DNA of 16,647 nucleotides from a virus (Duplodnaviria; Heunggongvirae; Uroviricota; Caudoviricetes): IMG/VR virus record IMGVR_UViG_2531839195_000012; one strand, 5' to 3'. Shown piece by piece: positions 8,996 to 16,647 of this stretch (position 1 is its first letter; each line of letters starts with the position of its first letter). The notes under the pieces were generated by a model. It saw only the letters and a program-made list of their open reading frames with translations, ran no database searches and was not told where the DNA came from. The position numbers and the translations under genes were made by a program.

Positions 8996-9855
8996 TGAGG
9001 TGTACTGGCAATAGCGGACACTACCATTGTTCTTTTTTTAAGCAGCCATCTGATGATATTTTCCCTGAAGGCTGCCGGGGAGATATTCCCCAGACGAGAG
9101 TGACGACGCTGACGATTGTAGAAAATCTCAATGTATTCCCGTATTACTGAGATGGCTTCATCCCGGTTATTAAAACGATAGTGGCTCAGGCTCTCATTTT
9201 TCAGCGTTCCCCAGAAGCTTTCCATCGGAGCGTTGTCGTAACAGTTACCTTTACGCGACATTGATGTTTTCAGACCAAACTGCTCCTGTATGACCCGGTA
9301 ATCGTATGCGCAGTACTGTGAACCTCGATCAGAGTGGTGGATTAGCCCGGCAGGTGGGCGCTGGCTCCTGAGCGCCATAAACAGGGCTTTACCTGTCAGC
9401 TCTTTTGTCATGCGCTCTCCCATGGCGTAGCCGACAATTTCGCACGTATAAACATCTTTGATGCCAGCGAGGTACAACCATCCCTCCTGTGTGGCAACAT
9501 ACGTCAGGTCCGCCACCCAGACCTGATTTGGTGCTGTAGGAGCGAACGTCTGGTTCAGCAGATTTGGCGCAACTGGCAGATTGTGGTTCGGGTTCGTAGT
9601 CGCTCTGAACTTGCGTTTCTGCTTACAGCGTAGCCTCAGCTCCTTACGAAGACGTGCCAGTCGGTCACGACCAACGATGATGCCATTCTCTGCCAGCTCC
9701 GTCTGGAGCCGCCGGGTTCCATATGTTTCGCGAGTGCGGATATGTGCCACCTTAATCTCCAGTTTTAGCCGCTCATCACTTTGTTTTCTGTCTGAGGGTT
9801 CATGCTGTACCCAGTTGTAATAACCGCTCCTGGATACACCAAATACCTGACACAT
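8935..9855 (-). CDS. IS600 OrfB transposase; the 3' end is frameshifted so the ORF reads through the IS terminus into flanking DNA
   Basis: Identical to the other OrfB copies through ...ISPAAFRE, then diverges. The 3' end shows three homopolymer length differences versus the other two copies (A4 vs A5, A7 vs A6, A2 vs A3) around 9045..9075. Confidence 0.85.
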   Translation of the reverse strand: MCQVFGVSRSGYYNWVQHEPSDRKQSDERLKLEIKVAHIRTRETYGTRRLQTELAENGIIVGRDRLARLRKELRLRCKQKRKFRATTNPNHNLPVAPNLLNQTFAPTAPNQVWVADLTYVATQEGWLYLAGIKDVYTCEIVGYAMGERMTKELTGKALFMALRSQRPPAGLIHHSDRGSQYCAYDYRVIQEQFGLKTSMSRKGNCYDNAPMESFWGTLKNESLSHYRFNNRDEAISVIREYIEIFYNRQRRHSRLGNISPAAFRENIIRWLLKKRTMVVSAIASTPQGVCPHQTCLPKRRNKNSSG

Positions 9856-10257
9856 CGCTTCAACAGGAAATTGTTGTCGCCATTGTTCGATTAACGCGTA
9901 TTTTTCAGCGACTCCTGTGCAAAATACGCTGTTGCTTTTTTTAATATATCTCGCTCAAGGCGAGCTTCATTTAACGCCTTACGCAGTTGCAGAATTTCAG
10001 ATTCCAGTTCAGCCAGCGTGCGGGAACCAGGAGTACCGAGCCCTTTTCTGGCGGCGGTAACCCATTGTCCTAAAGTGCCTTCAGGAAGGAATAATCGGGA
10101 AGCGTCTTCACTGATCGAAAGTTGATTTACAAGAACCGTTCTGACAGCTTCGGCTTTGAACTCTTTAGAGTAACGTTGGGTTTTTCTGCTCATTATTAGC
10201 TCCTTCTGATGCCATTCTATTTCAGGAAGGAGTGTCCGTTAAACTCAGGCTACCTCA
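8996..10257 (-). mobile_element. IS600 (IS3 family), complete copy, minus orientation, no target-site duplication
   Basis: Termini TGAGGTGTACTGG (8996..) and ...CTCAGGCTACCTCA (..10257) are reverse complements of the ends of the plus copy. Contains orfA and orfB. Flanking triplets CCC and GAC differ. Confidence 0.9.
9891..10193 (-). CDS. IS600 OrfA (HTH transposase subunit)
   Basis: 100-aa ORF MSRKTQRYSKEFKAEAVRTV...; differs from the plus-copy OrfA at three residues. Confidence 0.9.
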   Translation of the reverse strand: MSRKTQRYSKEFKAEAVRTVLVNQLSISEDASRLFLPEGTLGQWVTAARKGLGTPGSRTLAELESEILQLRKALNEARLERDILKKATAYFAQESLKNTR

Positions 10258-10355
10258 GACGTCCCGTATGATGGATATGAAATCAAGACAATCACACATC
10301 CTGAACCGCCCCGGGAATCCTGGAGACTAAACTTCCTGAGAAAGAGGTAAACAGG

Positions 10356-10676
10356 ATGACTAAAAATACTCGTTTTTCCCCGAAGTCCGTCAACGGGCAG
10401 TCCGTATGGTTCTGGAAAGTCAGGGCGAATATGACTCACAATGGGCGACAATTTGTTCCATTGCCCCAAAGATTGGCTGTACGCCGGAGACTCTGCGTGT
10501 CTGGGGTCGCCAGCATGAGCGGGATACCGGGGCGGTGATGGAGGGCTCACCACCGCTGAACGTCAGCGTCTGAAAGAGCTGGAGCGTGAAAATCGTGAAC
10601 TGCGCCGCAGTAACGATATCCTTCGCCAGGCTTCCGCTTATTTTGCGAAGGCGGAGTTCGACCGCCTCTGGAAAAA

Positions 10677-10680
<4 letters not shown>
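10356..10680 (+). pseudogene. IS629 orfA, disrupted by single-base losses in a C run (10378..10381) and a G run (10529..10532)
   Basis: ORF 10356..10538 starts MTKNTRFSP then leaves the expected frame; the expected C-terminal ...[36 protein letters not shown] is readable in a different frame ending at the TGA at 10678..10680. Confidence 0.75.
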
Positions 10681-11563
<883 letters not shown>

Positions 11564-11605
11564 GTTCACAGATAAAACACTCTCCAGGAAACCCGGGGCG
11601 GTTCA

Positions 11606-11906
11606 GAAAGTAAATGAAACAGATGCTGAATACCTGGTGCGTAAATTCGATGAGCTTGAAGCTAAATGTGCAGCACAGGAAAACAAAGTAATACCAGTGT
11701 CAACTGAACTGCCACCAGCAAATGAAAGTGTTTTGTTATTCGATGCTAACGGAGAAGGCTGGCTAATTGGCTGGCGTTCTCTCTGGTACACCTGGGGACA
11801 AAAAGAAACCGGAGAATGGCAGTGGACATTTCAGGTCGGGGACCTTGAAAACGTCAATATCACTCACTGGGCAGTAATGCCAAAAGCACCGGAGGCTGGA
11901 GCATAA
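11606..11906 (+). pseudogene. phage DUF551-like protein, 5'-truncated by IS629
   Basis: The reading frame is open from the IS629 boundary. The C-terminal region GWLIGWRSLWYTWGQ...NITHWAVMPKAPE resembles the conserved DUF551 tail, and no in-frame ATG follows the IS end. Confidence 0.5.
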
Positions 11907-12211
11907 TGACCACTTTTACCGACAAAGAACTGATTAAAGAAATTAAAGAGCGTATCAGCAGCCTTGACGTGCGAGACGATATTGAGCGCCGTGCTTATGA
12001 AATCGCACTCCTATCTCTGGAAGTAGAACCAGATGAACGCGAAGCTTATGAATTATTCATGGAAAAGCGTTTTGGTGACTTAGTAGATCGTCGGAGAGCA
12101 AAAAACGGCGATAACGAATACATGGCATGGGATATGACTCTCGGTTGGATCGTCTGGCAGCAACGAGCTGGTATCCATTTCTCAACAATGTCACAGCAAG
12201 AGGTGAAATAA
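11906..12211 (+). CDS. hypothetical phage protein (101 aa)
   Basis: ORF with ATG overlapping the upstream stop (ATAATGA), in an operon-like arrangement with the downstream excisionase-like gene; no family recognised. Confidence 0.45.
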   Translation: MTTFTDKELIKEIKERISSLDVRDDIERRAYEIALLSLEVEPDEREAYELFMEKRFGDLVDRRRAKNGDNEYMAWDMTLGWIVWQQRAGIHFSTMSQQEVK

Positions 12212-12561
12212 TGGAGCCATACAGCCTCACACTCGATGAGGCCTGTCATTTTCTCAAGATATCCAGACCGACTGCCATTAACTGGATACGCACAGGGCGT
12301 CTTCAGGCAACACGCAAAGATCCCACTAAGAATAAATCTCCTTACCTCACAACACGACAAGCCTGCATTGCGGCTCTTCAGTCTCCGCTGCATACTGTCC
12401 AGGTGAGCGCGGGTGATGGCATAACAGAGGAAAGAAAATGTCACTCTTCCGCAGAGGTGAAATATGGTACGCCAGTTTCACATTGCCGAACGGTAAAAGA
12501 TTTAAACAGTCTCTTGGAACAAAGGACAAAAGGCAGGCGACAGAACTCCATGACAAGCTAA
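12211..12561 (+). CDS. excisionase-like / AlpA-type HTH DNA-binding protein (Xis); the ORF over-runs 120 bp into the integrase gene
   Basis: ATG at 12211; N-terminal [32 protein letters not shown] resembles Xis/AlpA-family helix-turn-helix proteins and sits immediately upstream of int. The natural stop is probably near 12440. Confidence 0.5.
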   Translation: MEPYSLTLDEACHFLKISRPTAINWIRTGRLQATRKDPTKNKSPYLTTRQACIAALQSPLHTVQVSAGDGITEERKCHSSAEVKYGTPVSHCRTVKDLNSLLEQRTKGRRQNSMTS

Positions 12562-13154
12562 AGGCTGAAGCATGGCGGGTCAGCAAACTTGGTGAAATAC
12601 CTGATATAACGTTCGAGGAAGCGTGTGTCAGGTGGCTTGAAGAGAAAGCACATAAAAAATCACTGGACGATGACAAAAGCCGGATCGGATTCTGGCTTCA
12701 ACATTTCGCAGGAATACAACTAAGAGACATTACTGAATCAAAAATTTATTCAGCAATGCAGAAAATGACGAACCGGCGTCATGAGGAAAACTGGAAACTC
12801 AGGGCAGAATCATGCAGAAAAAAGGGAAACCTGTTCCAGAATACACGCCAAAACCAGCGTCCGTTGCAACGAAGGCTACGCATCTTTCATTTATAAAGGC
12901 CCTACTAAGAGCCGCAGAGCGTGAATGGAAAATGCTGGATAAGGCACCAATTATTAAAGTGCCTCAACCAAAGAATAAACGGATCCGCTGGCTGGAGCCC
13001 CATGAAGCACAAAGGCTGATTGATGAATGTCCGGAGCCATTAAAGTCTGTTGTTGAATTTGCACTGGCAACAGGCTTAAGACGCTCGAACATCATCAACC
13101 TTGAATGGCAACAAATAAATATGCAGCGCCGGGTGGCATGGATAAACCCGGAAG
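12438..13154 (+). pseudogene. phage tyrosine integrase, N-terminal and core-binding part; frameshifted within an A6-G3-A3 tract (12818..12829) and interrupted by IS600 at 13155
   Basis: ORFs 12438..12896 ([24 protein letters not shown]...) and 12812..13162 (...[18 protein letters not shown]..., box I) are consecutive integrase segments in different frames; the second ends 8 bp into the IS600 left end. Confidence 0.85.
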
Positions 13155-13218
13155 TGAGGTAGCCTGAGTTTAACGGACACTCCTTCCTGAAATAGAATGG
13201 CATCAGAAGGAGCTAATA

Positions 13219-13521
13219 ATGAGCAGAAAAACCCAACGTTACTCTAAAGAGTTCAAAGCCGAAGCTGTCAGAACGGTTCTTGAAAATCAACTTTCGATCA
13301 GTGAAGGCGCTTCCCGATTATCTCTTCCTGAAGGCACTTTAGGACAATGGGTTACCGCCGCCAGAAAAGGGCTCGGTACTCCTGGTTCCCGCACGCTGGC
13401 TGAACTGGAATCTGAAATTCTGCAACTGCGTAAGGCGTTAAATGAAGCTCGCCTTGAGCGAGATATATTAAAAAAAGCAACAGCGTATTTTGCACAGGAG
13501 TCGCTGAAAAATACGCGTTAA
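13219..13521 (+). CDS. IS600 OrfA
   Basis: 100-aa ORF, IS3-family OrfA with a leucine-zipper-like C-terminus. Confidence 0.9.
   Translation: MSRKTQRYSKEFKAEAVRTVLENQLSISEGASRLSLPEGTLGQWVTAARKGLGTPGSRTLAELESEILQLRKALNEARLERDILKKATAYFAQESLKNTR
13470..13477 (+). promoter_or_regulatory. candidate programmed -1 ribosomal frameshift site (A7G slippery run) for the OrfAB fusion transposase
   Basis: A-AAA-AAA-G near the end of orfA; orfB is in the -1 frame relative to orfA (orfA frame 1, orfB frame 0). IS3-family elements typically frameshift at an A6G/A7 motif. Confidence 0.5.
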
Positions 13522-13556
13522 TCGAACAATGGCGACAACAATTTCCCATTGAAGCG

Positions 13557-14375
13557 ATGTGTCAGGTATTTGGTGTATCCAGGAGCGGTTATTACAACTG
13601 GGTACAGCATGAACCCTCAGACAGAAAACAAAGTGATGAGCGGCTAAAACTGGAGATTAAGGTGGCACATATCCGCACTCGCGAAACATATGGAACCCGG
13701 CGGCTCCAGACGGAGCTGGCAGAGAATGGCATCATCGTTGGTCGTGACCGACTGGCACGTCTTCGTAAGGAGCTAAGGCTACGCTGTAAGCAGAAACGCA
13801 AGTTCAGAGCGACTACGAACCCGAACCACAATCTGCCAGTTGCGCCAAATCTGCTGAACCAGACGTTCGCTCCTACAGCACCAAATCAGGTCTGGGTGGC
13901 GGACCTGACGTATGTTGCCACACAGGAGGGATGGTTGTACCTCGCTGGCATCAAAGATGTTTATACGTGCGAAATTGTCGGCTACGCCATGGGAGAGCGC
14001 ATGACAAAAGAGCTGACAGGTAAAGCCCTGTTTATGGCGCTCAGGAGCCAGCGCCCACCTGCCGGGCTAATCCACCACTCTGATCGAGGTTCACAGTACT
14101 GCGCATACGATTACCGGGTCATACAGGAGCAGTCTGGTCTGAAAACATCAATGTCGCGTAAAGGTAACTGTTACGACAACGCTCCGATGGAAAGCTTCTG
14201 GGGAACGCTGAAAAATGAGAGCCTGAGCCACTATCGTTTTAATAACCGGGATGAAGCCATCTCAGTAATACGGGAATACATTGAGATTTTCTACAATCGT
14301 CAGCGTCGTCACTCTCGTCTGGGGAATATCTCCCCGGCAGCCTTCAGGGAAAAATATCATCAGATGGCTGCTTAA
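13557..14375 (+). CDS. IS600 OrfB transposase (DDE); the frame is open upstream of the first ATG, consistent with expression as an OrfAB fusion
   Basis: 272-aa ORF identical to the window-start copy except one residue (QEQSGL vs QEQFGL). Confidence 0.9.
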   Translation: MCQVFGVSRSGYYNWVQHEPSDRKQSDERLKLEIKVAHIRTRETYGTRRLQTELAENGIIVGRDRLARLRKELRLRCKQKRKFRATTNPNHNLPVAPNLLNQTFAPTAPNQVWVADLTYVATQEGWLYLAGIKDVYTCEIVGYAMGERMTKELTGKALFMALRSQRPPAGLIHHSDRGSQYCAYDYRVIQEQSGLKTSMSRKGNCYDNAPMESFWGTLKNESLSHYRFNNRDEAISVIREYIEIFYNRQRRHSRLGNISPAAFREKYHQMAA

Positions 14376-14417
14376 AAAAGAACAAATGGTAGTGTCCGCT
14401 ATTGCCAGTACACCTCA

Positions 14418-14865
14418 AAGAGAGTAAATCAAACCGCGCAATTGGCGTTGCGCTGAATGATACTGCATGTCGCGTATTGAAAAACAAATCGGAAATCATC
14501 ACCGTTGGGTATTTGTGTACAAGGAAAGCTGTACCAAACCAGACGGAACGAAAGCGCCAACAGTAAGGAAGATGCGGTATGACGCAAACACAGCCTGGAA
14601 AGCGGCGCTGAGACGGGCTGGTATTGATGATTTCAGATTTCACGACTTGAGACACACCTGGGCAAGTTGGCTGGTTCAAGCCGGAGTCCCGTTATCAGTG
14701 TTACAGGAAATGGGAGGCTGGGAGTCTATCGAAATGGTTCGTCGATATGCTCACCTCGCACCTAATCACCTTACCGAACACGCACGGCAAATAGACTTGA
14801 TTCTGAACCCATCGGTCCCAAATTTGTCCCAGTCAAGAAATAAGGAAGGTACTAATGATGTGTAA
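14418..14865 (+). pseudogene. phage tyrosine integrase, C-terminal catalytic part (downstream of the IS600 insertion; extra frameshift in an A5 run at 14480..14484)
   Basis: ORF 14467..14865 contains [13 protein letters not shown] and MVRRYAHL. The stretch [20 protein letters not shown] directly after the IS is integrase-like but in a different frame. Confidence 0.85.
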
Positions 14866-14879
14866 CTTATTGATTTAAA

Positions 14880-14925
14880 TGGTGCCGATAATAGGAGTCG
14901 AACCTACGACCTTCGCATTACGAAT
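14880..14925 (-). other. att core: 3' 46 nt of tRNA-Thr(CGU), second copy, no 5' half
   Basis: Reverse complement is identical to 8576..8621; the 18 bp on the integrase side are also shared. The sequence on the gtr side differs from copy 1 right at the core boundary. Confidence 0.75.
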
Positions 14926-15214
14926 CTGTAGCACCAATCATAACTATCTGTTTTAGCAAGCATTAACCGCATTCACTAAGATATAGTTGATGGCACAAAC
15001 AGAAAGTTGATGAATGATGTTGCCATATATATGTCACAAATACGGCACAACGATCTTCAAACATATAGCCACACATTCACAGAAGAGCACAAAGCCTTGC
15101 AATCCAGTGCAAAGATTTGTGTGCCAGAGTTTTTCTCATCAACTACCGCAAGTATCGATCGATTGAGACTTGGATGATAGACTTCATGCCTTTGATTATT
15201 AGCTGATAGAAGAA

Positions 15215-15577
15215 ATGTTAAAGCTATTTGCAAAGTACACATCTATAGGCGTGCTGAACACACTTATACACTGGGTGGTTTTTGGTGTATGTATCTATGC
15301 CGCGCATACCAATCAGGCTATGGCAAACTTCGCAGGTTTCGTTGTGGCTGTGAGTTTTAGCTTCTTTGCGAATGCAAAATTCACATTCAAAGCATCAACT
15401 ACAACGATGCGCTACATGTTATATGTCGGGTTCATGGGAACACTGAGTGCTACTGTTGGATGGGTTGCTGATAGATGTTCACTTCCTCCAATTGTCACTC
15501 TTGTTACCTTCTCCGCCATCAGCTTGGTGTGCGGTTTCGTCTATTCAAAGTTCATTGTCTTTAGGGATGCGAAATGA
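15215..15577 (+). CDS. gtrA: GtrA, bactoprenol-linked glucose translocase (flippase)
   Basis: 120 aa; differs from the minus-strand GtrA by about a dozen substitutions. Confidence 0.85.
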   Translation: MLKLFAKYTSIGVLNTLIHWVVFGVCIYAAHTNQAMANFAGFVVAVSFSFFANAKFTFKASTTTMRYMLYVGFMGTLSATVGWVADRCSLPPIVTLVTFSAISLVCGFVYSKFIVFRDAK

Positions 15578-16491
15578 AGATATCTCTTGTCGTTCCTGTC
15601 TTCAATGAAGAAGAAGCGATACCAATTTTTTATAAAACGGTACGTGAATTCGAAGAGTTGAAGCCATATGAAGTAGAAATTGTTTTCATAAATGACGGAA
15701 GCAAAGACGCTACGGAGTCAATCATTAACGCTCTGGCTGTTTCTGATCCGCTAGTTGTTCCGCTGTCATTTACACGCAACTTTGGTAAAGAACCAGCATT
15801 GTTTGCAGGGTTAGACCATACAACCGGCGATGCCGTGATTCCAATTGATGTTGACCTGCAAGACCCGATTGAGGTTATCCCTCATCTTATTGAAAAGTGG
15901 CAGGCAGGTGCTGACATGGTGCTTGCTAAACGTTCAGACCGCTCAACTGATGGACGGCTGAAACGTAAGACAGCTGAGTGGTTCTATAAATTACACAACA
16001 AAATAAGCACCCCAAAAATAGAGGAAAATGTCGGAGATTTTCGACTCATGTCTCGTGAGGTTGTGGAGAACATTAAACTATTGCCTGAGCGCAATCTTTT
16101 CATGAAAGGCATACTGAGCTGGGTTGGTGGTCAGACAGATGTCGTTGAATATGTACGCACAGAGCGTGTTGCTGGCATCTCAAAATTTAATGGCTGGAAA
16201 TTATGGAATCTGGCACTGGAAGGTATCACAAGTTTTTCAACCTTTCCTCTTCGCGTATGGACTTATATAGGCTTGTTTGTTGCAAGCATTTCATTTTTAT
16301 ATGGTGCATGGATGATTATAGACACCATTGTCTTTGGTAACCCAGTACGCGGGTATCCCTCCATGCTTGTATCAATACTTTTCCTGGGTGGAGTGCAACT
16401 GATCGGGATTGGTGTTCTCGGTGAATATATAGGTAGAATTTATTTAGAAACAAAATCAAGACCACGGTACTTAATTAAAAGCAGAAAATAA
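15574..16491 (+). CDS. gtrB: bactoprenol glucosyltransferase GtrB
   Basis: 305 aa; overlaps gtrA by 4 bp; GT2 domain. Confidence 0.85.
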   Translation: MKISLVVPVFNEEEAIPIFYKTVREFEELKPYEVEIVFINDGSKDATESIINALAVSDPLVVPLSFTRNFGKEPALFAGLDHTTGDAVIPIDVDLQDPIEVIPHLIEKWQAGADMVLAKRSDRSTDGRLKRKTAEWFYKLHNKISTPKIEENVGDFRLMSREVVENIKLLPERNLFMKGILSWVGGQTDVVEYVRTERVAGISKFNGWKLWNLALEGITSFSTFPLRVWTYIGLFVASISFLYGAWMIIDTIVFGNPVRGYPSMLVSILFLGGVQLIGIGVLGEYIGRIYLETKSRPRYLIKSRK

Positions 16492-16503
16492 CAGGATGAT
16501 CTT

Positions 16504-16647
16504 ATGAAGATATTCATAATGCGCAATTGGCACAAGATATCAATTTTTATACTTGCATTTACTTTGATTTGGCTTAGACGCATTGACATTTTGACAAATG
16601 CCCAGTTTTGGGCTGAGGATGCAGTTTTTTGGTATAAAGATGCATAC
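16504..16647 (+). CDS. putative serotype-specific O-antigen glucosyltransferase (GtrX-type), N-terminal 48 codons; continues beyond the window
   Basis: ATG 12 bp after the gtrB stop, open to the window end (MKIFIMRNWHKISIFILAFTLIWLRRIDILTNAQFWAEDAVFWYKDAY), hydrophobic. The N-terminus is unrelated to the first module's gtrX-type gene. Confidence 0.5.
   Translation, partial: MKIFIMRNWHKISIFILAFTLIWLRRIDILTNAQFWAEDAVFWYKDAY

Larger units (their letters stand above)
13155..14417 (+). mobile_element. IS600 (IS3 family), complete copy, inserted in the integrase gene with a 3-bp target-site duplication AAG
   Basis: Termini TGAGGTAGCCTGAG... and ...CCAGTACACCTCA; AAG at 13152..13154 and 14418..14420. 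With one AAG removed the integrase frame is continuous across the insertion (...WINPE/ESKSNRAIG...). Confidence 0.9.

Overview
This window reads as an Enterobacteriaceae (Shigella/E. coli-like) chromosomal accessory region made of decayed serotype-converting prophage remnants heavily reworked by insertion sequences. It contains three IS600 copies (one cut by the window start, one on each strand), one degenerate IS629 and one IS10-like IS4-family element. Two homologous but diverged O-antigen modification modules sit in inverted orientation (5632..8995 on the minus strand, 12438..16647 on the plus strand); each has a tyrosine integrase, a 46-nt tRNA-Thr(CGU) 3' fragment acting as an att core, then gtrA, gtrB and a type-specific glucosyltransferase. 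Next to the first module are an Oac-like O-antigen acetyltransferase and a tail fiber / tail fiber assembly pair; between the modules lie a DUF551-like gene, a hypothetical gene and an excisionase-like gene. Many of these genes are broken by single-base homopolymer length changes, which could be real gene decay or homopolymer sequencing error; I cannot tell which from sequence alone. No CRISPR array, rRNA or intact tRNA gene is present. All family assignments come from reading the translated ORFs against remembered protein families; no database search was run.
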